Positions 10,098 to 19,765 of a stretch of DNA of 64,000 nucleotides are shown piece by piece. The notes under the pieces are model-generated. The model saw only the letters and a program-made list of their open reading frames with translations, ran no database searches and was not told the DNA's origin. Location of the stretch: assembly GCA_041484665.1 (NCBI GenBank), contig JBGPIA010000002.1, forward strand, positions 448,001-512,000. The letters run 5' to 3'. This stretch comes from Candidatus Krumholzibacteriia bacterium. Lineage in GTDB: Bacteria > Krumholzibacteriota > Krumholzibacteriia > JAJRXK01. The position numbers and the translations under genes were made by a program. Numbering within the stretch: position 1 is the stretch's first letter; every line of letters starts with the position of its first letter.

Positions 10098-12392
10098 CTA
10101 ACGGGGCGGTGCGAGCGTGAAGCGCAGCTCGGCCTGGCTCTGATTGCCCACGCGGTCGGTGGCAACCACGCGCGCGACGTGGGCGCCGCGGCCCGGATCG
10201 CGATAGAACTCGAAGTGCAAGCGCCTGCCCTCCGGGTCCCAGCGCGCGGGGAAGGGCTTGCCGTCCACGGTCGCCGCGATCCCAGCCGCAGCGAGCCCCG
10301 TTCCCTCGTCGGACAGTGGCAGCTCCAACGCCGGCCAGGGCGCAAGCGTCACTCCCTGGGGAGAGCGCGCCGTACGCGACGCGATCGCGGGTCCGCCGCT
10401 GTGCAGGGTCTTGCCGGCGAGCTGCCAACGCCCCAGCAGCGGCGGCTCATCGTCCAGCAGCGCGGCCACGATACCGGTGGCCTCCAGCGGGGCGCACAGG
10501 CGCGCCTCACGCGCCGGCCCGGTCTTCCATGAGGCGCCCAGCCAGGTCCACTGTCCGTCGCTGCCGCGCAGCAGGAGGCCAGCGCGGGGATTGCGCGCGT
10601 CCACGGCGGGCACGCGCACGCTGACCTCCAGCGACCCGGCGAACATCGCGCCGGCGCCCACGATCTCCACGGCGGGGGCGATCCGCCGCGCGCCGGAGGG
10701 CAACAGCAGCCGCGCGGGTGCCGCCACGAGCTGCAGCCAGCCGCCTTCGTACAGCGCATGGCCCGTGGAGTCGCGCAACGCCCACCCGGCGACCGCGTCC
10801 GCCAGCGCGCCGAAGCGCTTGCCAGCCACGCCGAGCATGACGGTGGCGGCCACCAGGGGCTGGCCGCTGGCGCGATCCAGGAGCACCACGTGCGTTGGGC
10901 CGCTGCGCAGGCGGCGCCCCTCCACCGCAGCGACGAGTCCCACGCCGCCGCGCAACAGCGTCGCCGGCGGGCTGAACGCCTCGGCGCCCGCAGGCTCGAT
11001 GCGCAGCTGCGCGCGGTCCGGGCCTGCCTCCCCGGCTGGCGTGGCGGTCGTGGGCGGCGTGCGCACCAAGGCCGCGTCCGCTGCCACAGCCTGCACCTCC
11101 AGCACGTCCTCCTGCGGGCTGATCAGCAGCGTCCACCCGCGGCGCCCCGCAACGTCCGCGGCGCCGACACCACGACCTGCGTGGTCGCCCGACTCGCCGG
11201 GGACGCCGCGCCGGCCGTCGGGCGCTGGCGCAGGCACAGGTGGACGGGCGAGGATCCGCACGCCGACGGAGTCGCGGTTGCCCGCGGCATCCCAGGCGAC
11301 GACGCTCAAGCGGTGCGCTCGCCCGTCGGCGGGCAGCACGATCGATGCCCCCGCCACGGTCTCATGGCGGTACGGAAGCGTGTTGCCGTCGCGCTTGTAC
11401 AAACGGAGCCACTGGCGGCGGCGCCCGCCGGCGCTCTCGTCGAGCTCCGTGCGCAACTGGATCGACATGGCGAAGCTGCACGCGCGCTGCTGCAGCTCGT
11501 AGGCGAGCGCTCCGTCGAGGCACAGGCGGACGCCCAGCGGCATCACGAGTTGGCCGAAGGGTCCGGTTTGATCGCCCAGGTCGGCCTGCACGCCGAGCCG
11601 GCCCGCCGCCTCCACGGAGTCGCCGGGCGCCAGCTCGACCGCGCGTGCTGCGCCCTCGATGCGGGCGTCCTCGGCCAGGGCGACCAGCCGCAGGCGGCGC
11701 ACCCGCGGCGACGTACGGTCAGGCACCGGGAAGCCGTTGAGCAACGGGTTGAGGGCGACCTCCTGTGCATCGCGCACCTCGAAGTGCAGATGGGGAGCCC
11801 CGACTCCGGTGTCGCCGCTGAGGGCAATCCGCTCCCCGCGCTGCACGGGCAGCCGGCCGGAAGGAAACGAGAGGTCCTGTTCGTAGGCGCCGCTGCCCCA
11901 TTGCGCGGCCGTCATCTCGCGCTGGAGCGCGTCGGCAAGCTCGCTGAGGTGGGCGAACACGTAGGTGCGCCCCCCGGCCGTCGTCAGGTAGATGGCCTTG
12001 CCGTAGCCCGTGGGCGAGGCCCGCAGGCGCGAGACCCAGCCTCTCTCGGGGGCGACCACCGGGATGCCGGTGCGTCCGCCAGTACGCAGATCGATTCCGG
12101 CGTGATAGCGTCCAGTCCGCGGCTCCATGAACGAGGCGCTCAGCGCCCGGATCGGGTAGTCCAGCGGCCACTGCAGCGGCGGCGAATCGGCGGCGCGCTC
12201 TGCCGAAGCTGCGGCCGCAGTCCCGGCCCGCGCGGCCGCCACGGCCGCGGTTTCGGCCCGGCCGGTCGTCGCCGGCCCGCACGCTGGCGCCGCAGGCAAT
12301 GCGGCCGCCACGGCCGCGGCCAGGGCAATCGGCAGGGCCGCCCTGGCCGCCCAGGGCCTCCGCGCGCCCAGCTTGCCAGCGCCGCGCAACAT
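10098..12392 (-). CDS. M23-family zinc metallopeptidase, exported, with long C-terminal extension
   Basis: HAGID (HxxxD) and HLH (HxH) motifs, GYGKAIYL. Ala-rich signal-like N-terminus. Start approximate (ATG 12392). Confidence 0.85.
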   Translation of the reverse strand: MLRGAGKLGARRPWAARAALPIALAAAVAAALPAAPACGPATTGRAETAAVAAARAGTAAAASAERAADSPPLQWPLDYPIRALSASFMEPRTGRYHAGIDLRTGGRTGIPVVAPERGWVSRLRASPTGYGKAIYLTTAGGRTYVFAHLSELADALQREMTAAQWGSGAYEQDLSFPSGRLPVQRGERIALSGDTGVGAPHLHFEVRDAQEVALNPLLNGFPVPDRTSPRVRRLRLVALAEDARIEGAARAVELAPGDSVEAAGRLGVQADLGDQTGPFGQLVMPLGVRLCLDGALAYELQQRACSFAMSIQLRTELDESAGGRRRQWLRLYKRDGNTLPYRHETVAGASIVLPADGRAHRLSVVAWDAAGNRDSVGVRILARPPVPAPAPDGRRGVPGESGDHAGRGVGAADVAGRRGWTLLISPQEDVLEVQAVAADAALVRTPPTTATPAGEAGPDRAQLRIEPAGAEAFSPPATLLRGGVGLVAAVEGRRLRSGPTHVVLLDRASGQPLVAATVMLGVAGKRFGALADAVAGWALRDSTGHALYEGGWLQLVAAPARLLLPSGARRIAPAVEIVGAGAMFAGSLEVSVRVPAVDARNPRAGLLLRGSDGQWTWLGASWKTGPAREARLCAPLEATGIVAALLDDEPPLLGRWQLAGKTLHSGGPAIASRTARSPQGVTLAPWPALELPLSDEGTGLAAAGIAATVDGKPFPARWDPEGRRLHFEFYRDPGRGAHVARVVATDRVGNQSQAELRFTLAPPR

Positions 12393-12480
12393 CCGTAGAG
12401 TAGTTGGTCCTGCCGATAGCAGGTCCGTCGCGGCCGTCGCCGGTCGGTCGCAGTCGCAAGCCGCGGGAGAGTGGTCGGTC

Positions 12481-14313
12481 ATGATGCAGCTGCTGCGCAA
12501 CAGGGTGAAGCTGGTCTACTGGGTCGTGATCACGGCCTTCATAGCCTTCGCCTTCCTGGTCTGGGGCGTCGGCTTCGAGAAGGGGCGCGGCCAGAAGGAG
12601 CACACTACGGTTGCGTCGATCGACGGCGTCGACGTCGCGATGGATACGTGGCGCGAGCGGGTCCGGGTGCTCACCGAGCAGATGCAGCAGCAACGCGGCG
12701 AGCAGCAGGAGCCCCTCTCCGACAACCAGCTCATCCACGTGCGGCAGCAGGCGTTCGACGACCTGGTCACCGAGACGCTGCTCGACCAGCAGGTCAAGAA
12801 GATGAAGATCACGGTGACCGACGCCGAGATCGCCGACGTTCTGCGCAATGACCCTCCCCCCTACCTGCTGGCCCTCTACCGCGACGACAAGGGCAACATC
12901 GACTACGACGCCTACAACCGCGACCTGCAGGAATCTTCGCCCCGCTGGCGCCAGGCGCTGGAGTACCTGCGCCAGACCCTGCCGCTGCAGAAGCTGGAGC
13001 AGCACATCACCGACCAGGCCGTGGTCGGCGAGGCGGAGCTGCGCGAGGCCTTCGCCGAGCAGAGCGTGAAGGCCGTCGCCGAGTACGTGACGAAGCCCTA
13101 CGCGGACGTGCCGGTGCCCGACGGCCAGATCCAGGACGACCAGATCTCCGCCTACTATAACCAGCACAAGGAAGAGTACAACCAGCCTGCGCGCGCCGCG
13201 GTGAAACTGGTGACGCTCCCGGCGCAACCGAGCGCCGAGGACGACGCCGACGTACTGTCGGTCATCTCGGACATCCGCAAGGAGCTGGTCGAGAAACGCA
13301 CGACCTTCGCCGATGCCGCCACGACCTACAGCGAGGATCCCAGCGCCAAGAGCGGAGGCGATCTGGGCTTCTTCGACCGCGAGAAGATGGTGGCGCCGTT
13401 CACCGATGCGGCCTTCAAGCTTCCGGTCGGCCAGATCTCCGAGCCGGTGCGCACCCAGTTCGGATACCACCTGATCCTGGTGACCGACGAGAAGCTCGAC
13501 ACCGCCAAGACTGTCAAGAAAGGCGCCGCAGCCGAGCGCAGCGAGGTGCGGGCCAGCCACATCTTGCTGAAGGTGCGCCCCAGCCAGACGACCTTGGTCA
13601 GCCTGCGCGAGAAGGCCGACGCCTGCCTCACCGACGCCGCGACCATGGGGCTGGACGAGGCAGCCAAGAAGCTAGGGCTGACCGTGACTGTCACCCCACC
13701 CTTCCAGGACTCGTTCAATATCCCCGGTGTGCCCAACTCGCTGCCCGGGACGCGCTTCGCGTTCTCCAACCCGGTGGGGACGATGTCGCCGGTCTACCAG
13801 AACGACGACATGGTCTACTTCTTCCAGGTGGGCGAGCGGCTGCCGGCTGGCGTGCGCTCGCTGGAAGAGGTCAAACCCATGATCACCGCCGAGATCCAGC
13901 GCGACCAGCGCGCCGAGCAGGCCGCCGCCGCGCTGAACGCAACTTGGGCCAAGCTGAAGGAGGGCAGGACGCTGGAGCTGGTTGCCAAGGAGACGGGCCT
14001 GACCTACGGCAGGACCGACACGTTCACCTATCGCCAGCAGATCAAGGACATCGGCTTCGCCAGCCCGTTCGCCAAGGCCGCCCTCAGCCTGGAGCCGGGC
14101 CAGACCATCAGCGACGTTCGCACGCCGCGCGGCACCTACATCGTGAAGCTCCTGTGGAAGAGCGCCTTCGACGAGGAGGCCTTCAAGAAGAAGCGTTCCG
14201 AGCTGTCGCAATCGCTGTTGTTCAGCCGCCAGCGGCAGATGCTGGACCAGTGGCTCAAGCAGCTCAAAGAAAGCGCCAAGATCGTCGACAACCGGACGCC
14301 CGATCTGCTGTAG
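12481..14313 (+). CDS. PpiD/SurA-type membrane-anchored parvulin peptidyl-prolyl isomerase/chaperone
   Basis: MMQLLRNR plus N-terminal TM. Parvulin motifs YSEDPSAKSGGDLGFF, PVRTQFGYHLI, RASHILLK. Confidence 0.9.
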   Translation: MMQLLRNRVKLVYWVVITAFIAFAFLVWGVGFEKGRGQKEHTTVASIDGVDVAMDTWRERVRVLTEQMQQQRGEQQEPLSDNQLIHVRQQAFDDLVTETLLDQQVKKMKITVTDAEIADVLRNDPPPYLLALYRDDKGNIDYDAYNRDLQESSPRWRQALEYLRQTLPLQKLEQHITDQAVVGEAELREAFAEQSVKAVAEYVTKPYADVPVPDGQIQDDQISAYYNQHKEEYNQPARAAVKLVTLPAQPSAEDDADVLSVISDIRKELVEKRTTFADAATTYSEDPSAKSGGDLGFFDREKMVAPFTDAAFKLPVGQISEPVRTQFGYHLILVTDEKLDTAKTVKKGAAAERSEVRASHILLKVRPSQTTLVSLREKADACLTDAATMGLDEAAKKLGLTVTVTPPFQDSFNIPGVPNSLPGTRFAFSNPVGTMSPVYQNDDMVYFFQVGERLPAGVRSLEEVKPMITAEIQRDQRAEQAAAALNATWAKLKEGRTLELVAKETGLTYGRTDTFTYRQQIKDIGFASPFAKAALSLEPGQTISDVRTPRGTYIVKLLWKSAFDEEAFKKKRSELSQSLLFSRQRQMLDQWLKQLKESAKIVDNRTPDLL

Positions 14314-14335
14314 GCGCGCGCTCGCCGCCGGCGTT

Positions 14336-14355
14336 GCAGCGCACGCAAGCGCTGC
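14336..14355. terminator. GC hairpin between convergent genes (no U-tract)
   Basis: gcagcgc-acgcaa-gcgctgc between the ppiD-like stop (14313) and the CDF stop (14382). Confidence 0.35.
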
Positions 14356-14381
14356 GCGGCGCGCAACGCGTCACACCGGGC

Positions 14382-15410
14382 TCAGCGCAGGGGCGCGGCT
14401 GCGTTGCGCTCCCTCACCGCCGCCCCCGGCGCCACGAGTAACGCCGCCGTCCAGGCCCGCTGCTCCACGAACGCCTCCTCGCGCACCGGGCAGGGGTGTA
14501 CCGTGCACAGGTGGCAGCACTCCGGGGAGCAGGGGTCGATGTGCACCATCACCTCGCCATCGGCACCCAGCTCGCGCAGGATCACCGCTTCGACCTCCTT
14601 CTCGCAGGTGTGCGATTGCGAGATGGCGAAGTAGCGAGGCAGCGTGAGGTGGCAGTCCATGTGCAAGAAGCGCCCCGAGCGCCAGGCGCGCAGCTGATGG
14701 ATGTCGATCCACTCGGGCCGGCGCGAGCGCTGCAAACTGTCGGCGATGCGCGAGAGCAGGTGCTCGTCGGCCTCGTCCATGAGGCGCCCCACCGACTCGC
14801 GCACGAGCTTGCCACCTGAGGCCAGGATCTGCAGGGCCACCAGGCAGGCCACCAGCGGGTCGACCCAGTTCCAGTGGGTCAGCCAGACCAGCAGCAGCCC
14901 GGCCACCACCCCCCCGCTGGTGATCGTGTCGGTCAGCACATGGCGCCCATCGGCGGACAGCGCGCGGCTGCCCAGCTTGCGCCCGGCACGCACCAGAAAG
15001 AGCCCGAGGACGCCGTTGACAGCGCCCGCACCGAACACGATTGCAAGTCCCACGTCCAGCTGCGCCAGCTCGGCGGGGTGCAGCAGGCGAGGGATGGACA
15101 TCCGCAGGATCGCCACCGCCGCGAGCACGATCAGCGCGCCCTCGACACCCGCCGAGAAATCCTCGGCCTTGCCGTGGCCGTAGGGGTGGTCCCGGTCGGC
15201 CGGCCGCGCGCTCACCGAGAGGCTGAACAAAAGCAGCGCCGCCGCGGCGATGTTGAGAATCGACTCCAGGGCATCCGACAGCACGGCGGCCGAGCCGGTG
15301 GCCACGTACGCCCAGAACTTCGCCCCGCATAGCACGATGCCGATGAGCAGCGATGCGATCGCCACGTTGCGCCGCGCGCGCGCGGCGGCGCGGGCTTGGG
15401 GCGTCTCCAC
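14382..15410 (-). CDS. Cation diffusion facilitator (FieF-like) transporter
   Basis: TGSAAVLSDALES, PADRDHPYGHGKAE, LSADGRHVLTD, DPLVA; Cys-rich tail. Confidence 0.92.
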   Translation of the reverse strand: METPQARAAARARRNVAIASLLIGIVLCGAKFWAYVATGSAAVLSDALESILNIAAAALLLFSLSVSARPADRDHPYGHGKAEDFSAGVEGALIVLAAVAILRMSIPRLLHPAELAQLDVGLAIVFGAGAVNGVLGLFLVRAGRKLGSRALSADGRHVLTDTITSGGVVAGLLLVWLTHWNWVDPLVACLVALQILASGGKLVRESVGRLMDEADEHLLSRIADSLQRSRRPEWIDIHQLRAWRSGRFLHMDCHLTLPRYFAISQSHTCEKEVEAVILRELGADGEVMVHIDPCSPECCHLCTVHPCPVREEAFVEQRAWTAALLVAPGAAVRERNAAAPLR

Positions 15411-15446
15411 GGGCCTGGCCTCTTTTCCGCGCAGCCTGGCGCGCGC

Positions 15447-16697
15447 CTACTTACGTCCCGGTCGATCGCGCAGCAGGCGGCGCTCGATCCGCCCCAGCCG
15501 GTGCAGGAGCGGACTGGTCGCCTCGGGGTCGCCGCTCGCACGCAACTCGTGCACCGAGGCCAGCCGCAGCGCCTCCTGTACCACGGCGCGCGCGGCGGCG
15601 AAGTCGCGGCACACGTGCTCCTGGATCTTCGCGATCTCCACCAGCGGCGCGGTCGACGACGGCGCCATCTGGCGCAGACGCGCGAGCGCCGCCAGCGCCG
15701 CGTCCACGTTTCCCAGCTTGCGATGGCAGCGCGCCAGGTGTGTCAGAGCGCGCTCCGCGAGCACGCAGTCGTCAGCGCCGGCTACCTCCCCCAGCAGGCG
15801 CGCCGCGTCCGTGAGCTCCCCGCGCGCAAGCAGCAGCCGGGCCACGGCCAGGTGCGCCTGCGGCGGCAGCGCCCGCGTGTGGGGCGCTCCAAGGTAGGCG
15901 GCGGCCACCACGCCGGAAAGGGCGAGCAGGCTCTCGACGTCGCGGCGGTTGTGGTCGGCGATGGGACCCAGCCCCCGGTCGGTGCCATCGGCCAGATAGG
16001 CCTGATAGATCAGCGGCGCCTCGCGACCAGGGATGTCGTCGGCATCGCGCGGGCTCCCCAGGAACTCGCGCTCCACGGTGGGCAGCCGCGCGTCGGGCAT
16101 CCAGCCGACGCCCAGCCGGCGCACCGGGTGCAGCAGATCCAGATGCGGCAGCGCGAGCCAGTCCTCATCGAGGCGATGGATGCGCATGCGCGCGCGCAGC
16201 CGCGGCAGGTCGAAGGAGCGCCCGTTGTAGGTGACCAGCGCGCGCGCCGATTGCAGGTCCTCGCCCAGTGCCGCCAGCATCGCGCGCTCGCCCGCGGGCT
16301 CGGGAAGGAAGTACTGGATGCGCCGTGCGCCGGCCTCGTCCCACAGGATCACCGCCGCGAGGAAAACGATCGTCCCCACACCACCGGAGAGCCCCGTGGT
16401 CTCGGTGTCGAGTACCGCCCAGGGACCGGCGTCGTGCGCCGGGCAGGCCTGGCCGCTGGCCAGGGCGAAGGCGCGGGTGGGGACGACGATCGACGGCGGG
16501 CCCGGCCACAGCGGGGGGCCGACGTCCTCCTCGATGCGAAGGTAGCCGCAGGGCGCGCGTCCCACCCAGTGGGCGCCGCGCGCCAGCAGCGCCTCCAGCG
16601 GGCGGCCGCCGCCGGCTTGGCGCGCCGCGCTGCTCACGACCGCGGCGTCCGGCGGCCTTGAGCGATCGAACTGCGCCAGACGCGCCCGCAGGTCCAC
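15447..16697 (-). CDS. YprB/MrfB-like RNase H-like (DEDDh) exonuclease with TPR-like C-terminus
   Basis: LDTETTGLSGGVGT, TYNGRSFDLP, HLDLLHPVRR, HNRRDV, followed by helical TPR-like repeats. Confidence 0.85.
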   Translation of the reverse strand: MDLRARLAQFDRSRPPDAAVVSSAARQAGGGRPLEALLARGAHWVGRAPCGYLRIEEDVGPPLWPGPPSIVVPTRAFALASGQACPAHDAGPWAVLDTETTGLSGGVGTIVFLAAVILWDEAGARRIQYFLPEPAGERAMLAALGEDLQSARALVTYNGRSFDLPRLRARMRIHRLDEDWLALPHLDLLHPVRRLGVGWMPDARLPTVEREFLGSPRDADDIPGREAPLIYQAYLADGTDRGLGPIADHNRRDVESLLALSGVVAAAYLGAPHTRALPPQAHLAVARLLLARGELTDAARLLGEVAGADDCVLAERALTHLARCHRKLGNVDAALAALARLRQMAPSSTAPLVEIAKIQEHVCRDFAAARAVVQEALRLASVHELRASGDPEATSPLLHRLGRIERRLLRDRPGRK

Positions 16698-16718
16698 GCG
16701 CCATCACCCCCGGGGTGC

Positions 16719-19061
16719 CTACGCCTGCGCGGCGGACGCCGGCGTCGCGACGGCCGTCTGCGCTGCGCGCGGCGCGGAGGAGGTCGCCCGCTGGGCGTGG
16801 GCCCCGCCGAGGATGAGGAGTGCAAGCGCGCTGGTCTTGGCGTGGTGGCCGGCCGCCAGCACGCTGCCCACGCAGCTCGGGCAGCCCTCGGTGCAGGCGC
16901 AGCGCGTAAGCCGGTCGGCGGCCGCTTCCAGCAGCAGCTCGTGCCGGTCGAACAGCCGGCGGCTGAAGCCCACCCCGCCTGGGTAGGTGTCGTAGATGAA
17001 CACCGTGGGACGGTCGGTGATCGGCGACTTGATCATGGGGACGCTGCGGATGTCAGCCGGGTCGGACATGATATAGAAGGGCGCCACCTGCCCCAGCAGC
17101 GTCGCCAGCCCCTTCAGGCCATCCCCCAGCTCCAGCCCCTGCTGCCGCAGCGCGCCCTCCAGCGCCAGATCGAGCTCCCACCAGTAGCTGGTGGTGTGGT
17201 GCTCCAGCTCCGGCAGATGGATGGGCCCCGCCCCGAGGTTCTCGTGGGTGCCGAGCTTGATCTTCTTGAACATCGTGGCCTTGGTGATCAGCCCGATCTC
17301 GCCATGGGCCTTGGCGCCCGCGGCCACCGCACGGCGGTCCTCCACCTGCAGGGCGTGGATCTCGGTCTTCAGCTGCGCGTCGGTGTAGTAGTCGACATTC
17401 ACCGCGCGCACGAAGGCCTGCTTGCGCTCCCAATCGAGGCGGTCGACGTGGTACTGGCGTCCCTCGTGGAGGTAGATCGCGTCATCGTGCAGCAGCAGCT
17501 GCGCACTCAAGAGGTCCGTTTCGCCGATCACGGTATTCTGCCGCGTGGTGTCCACGATCACCACGTTTTCGATGCTGGCGCTGCGCAGGCTCACGTCCTC
17601 GGCGGGATAGGTGTCGGCGATCCAGTGCCACTTGTCGCCGCTGCGCGTGATGACGCGCTGCCCCTGCAGGTACTCGAGCACTTCCTGCGTGGTGGAGACG
17701 CCGAACAGCTCCTCGACGGTGAACGGCAGCTCGAACGCCGCGCACTTGATGTGCGAGAGCAAGATGGCCAGGTTGTCGGGGTCGACGATCGCAAGCTCGG
17801 GGCTGCTGGACAGGAAGAACTCCGGGTGCTCGATGATGTACTGGTCCAGGGGCGCGGAACTGGCCACCAGCACCGCCACGCTCACGCCGCGGCGCCGCCC
17901 GGCGCGCCCCGACTGCTGCCAGGTGCTGGCGATGGTCCCGGGGTAGCCGGCCATGATGCACACGTCGAGCTGCCCGATGTCGATCCCCAGCTCCAGCGCG
18001 TTGGTCGAGGCCACCGCACTCACCGACCCATCGCGCAGCCCCTGCTCGATGGCGCGCCGTTCGTTGGGCAGGTAGCCGCCGCGGTAGCCGCGGGCGCGGG
18101 AGGCGGGCTTCTTCAGCCGCGTAAGCGCCCGCTTCAGGTAGGTGAGCAACAGCTCCACCCGCAGGCGGCTGCGCCCGAAGACGATCACCTGGACCTCGGT
18201 GGAAAGGAAGTCGGCGGCCAGCCGGGCCGACTCCTTGATCACCGACCGACGGATCCCCAGCTCGGCGTTGACCACCGGCGGGTTGTAGAAGATCAGGTGC
18301 TTGGTCGCCGATGGCGCGCCATTGTCGTCCACCAGCTCCGCGTCGCGGCCCAGCAGCGCGCGCGCGTGTTCGACCGGGTTGGCGATGGTGGCGCTGCTGC
18401 ACAGGAAGATCGGATCGCTGCCATAGAACGCGCAGAGCCGGCGCAGCCGCCGCAGCACGTTGGCCAGGTGGCTGCCGAAGACGCCGCGGTACTGGTGGAT
18501 CTCGTCGATGACCACATAACGCAGGTTCTCGAACAGCTTCATCCAGGCCGTGTGGTGCGGCAGGATCCCCTGGTGGAGCATGTCGGGATTGGTCACCACG
18601 ATGTGCCCCGCCTCACGGATCGTGCGCCGCGCCGCCGCCGGCGTATCGCCGTCGAAGGTGTAGGTCTTGATGTCGGCGCCCGTGGCGTGCACCAGCCCGT
18701 GCAACTCCTGCAGCTGATCCTGGCTGAGCGCCTTGGTGGGAAAGAGATAGAGCGCGCGCGCCTCTGGTTCCTGCAGGCAACGCTGCAGCACCGGCAGGTT
18801 GTAGCACAGCGTCTTGCCGCTGGCCGTGGGGGTCACGACCACGGTGCTGCGCCCCTGCCGGGCGTGGGCCCAGGCGGTGGCCTGATGGGTGTAGAGCTGC
18901 TGGATGCCGCGCGAGCGCAGCGCGTCACGCAGCCGCAGGTCGAGGTCTGCGGGCAGCGGCACCGTGCGCGCGGGCCGCGCGGGGAGCACGTGCCATAGGG
19001 TGACGTTGCGGCAAAACTCCGGCGAGGAGCGCAGCCGATCGAGGAGCTGCTCGAGGTTCAC
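16719..19061 (-). CDS. YprA/MrfA-like DEAH-box helicase with DUF1998 Cys-cluster domain
   Basis: LYTHQA, TPTASGKT, DEIH, SATIANP, TNALELGIDIG, QQSGRAGRR, YDTYPGGVG, CACTEGCPSC. Confidence 0.92.
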   Translation of the reverse strand: MNLEQLLDRLRSSPEFCRNVTLWHVLPARPARTVPLPADLDLRLRDALRSRGIQQLYTHQATAWAHARQGRSTVVVTPTASGKTLCYNLPVLQRCLQEPEARALYLFPTKALSQDQLQELHGLVHATGADIKTYTFDGDTPAAARRTIREAGHIVVTNPDMLHQGILPHHTAWMKLFENLRYVVIDEIHQYRGVFGSHLANVLRRLRRLCAFYGSDPIFLCSSATIANPVEHARALLGRDAELVDDNGAPSATKHLIFYNPPVVNAELGIRRSVIKESARLAADFLSTEVQVIVFGRSRLRVELLLTYLKRALTRLKKPASRARGYRGGYLPNERRAIEQGLRDGSVSAVASTNALELGIDIGQLDVCIMAGYPGTIASTWQQSGRAGRRRGVSVAVLVASSAPLDQYIIEHPEFFLSSSPELAIVDPDNLAILLSHIKCAAFELPFTVEELFGVSTTQEVLEYLQGQRVITRSGDKWHWIADTYPAEDVSLRSASIENVVIVDTTRQNTVIGETDLLSAQLLLHDDAIYLHEGRQYHVDRLDWERKQAFVRAVNVDYYTDAQLKTEIHALQVEDRRAVAAGAKAHGEIGLITKATMFKKIKLGTHENLGAGPIHLPELEHHTTSYWWELDLALEGALRQQGLELGDGLKGLATLLGQVAPFYIMSDPADIRSVPMIKSPITDRPTVFIYDTYPGGVGFSRRLFDRHELLLEAAADRLTRCACTEGCPSCVGSVLAAGHHAKTSALALLILGGAHAQRATSSAPRAAQTAVATPASAAQA

Positions 19062-19156
19062 GGGCTCTCCTCATCATGATCCCCGCCCCGGGATCCGCTC
19101 TCTTGCGGGGCGCGGCAGGCCGACCCGACCCGCGTGCGGCCCGGCGGGCCCCCGGA

Positions 19157-19447
19157 CTACGGGTTGGGCGGATTGGGTGGACCGGGCGGACCCGGCGGGC
19201 TGGGCGGGGCCGGCGGGCTGGCCTTCCCCGGGTCGATCCGGCGCGCCTCCTGCACCTCGGATTGGACGTCGTTCTGCAGCTCCCGGGTCGCGGCCTTGAA
19301 CTTGCGGATCGACTTGCCCAGCGCCTCTGCGATCTCGGGGAGCTTCTGCGGCCCGAAGAAGATGATGACCACGCCGAAGATCAGCATCGCCTCCGGCCAC
19401 CCGATGTTGGGCAGGAAGGCGAGCGGAAGCATCGAAGCCGGAAGCAT
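19157..19447 (-). CDS. tatA: Twin-arginine translocase TatA/TatE subunit with Pro-rich tail
   Basis: IGWPEAMLIFGVVIIFFGPQKLPEIAEALGKSIRKFK; tail PPSPPGPPGPPNPPNP. Two possible ATGs arise from a 15-nt tandem duplication. Confidence 0.9.
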   Translation of the reverse strand: MLPASMLPLAFLPNIGWPEAMLIFGVVIIFFGPQKLPEIAEALGKSIRKFKAATRELQNDVQSEVQEARRIDPGKASPPAPPSPPGPPGPPNPPNP

Positions 19448-19476
19448 GGAAGCCTGCTTTCCCCTCCTGGAGCGCG

Positions 19477-19743
19477 CTAGCGGAACCACCGCAATAGCTG
19501 CGCCACCAGGAAGATACCGATCACGCTCATGAGGTTCACGTGCACGTAGAACCCAAGCGTGAGATGGAACACGATCAGATTGATCGGCATCGGGCCGAAC
19601 CCGAACTCCTCGTACTGCACGAAGAGCTGATGGGCCGTGCTGCCGTTGCGCAGGAACAGCCCGATGGCCTGGCTCAGCACACTGCCCACGACGATCCCCA
19701 GGAAGAACGTCAGGGTCAAGAACGCCACGGACCGGCGGGACAG
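19477..19743 (-). CDS. Small membrane protein (DUF4321-like), apparent CTG start
   Basis: AGGAGG-7 nt-CTG. Reads SRRSVAFLTLTFFLGIVVGSVLSQAIGLFL...INLIVFHLTLGFYVHVNLMSVIGIFL. Confidence 0.7.
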   Translation of the reverse strand: MSRRSVAFLTLTFFLGIVVGSVLSQAIGLFLRNGSTAHQLFVQYEEFGFGPMPINLIVFHLTLGFYVHVNLMSVIGIFLVAQLLRWFR

Positions 19744-19765
19744 CGCTCGACCTCCTGTCGCGGGC

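Noticed and set aside
9794..10345. N-terminal extension of the dnaE ORF, including PCPPC-like repeats
   Set aside because: Lies upstream of the PHP motif and a plausible promoter and overlaps the M23 gene. It merely translates the 9-bp repeat.
15447..19061. DUF1998 helicase as a DISARM or Druantia defence system
   Set aside because: No methyltransferase, PLD or SNF2 partners. The adjacent YprB-like exonuclease fits MrfAB-type repair.
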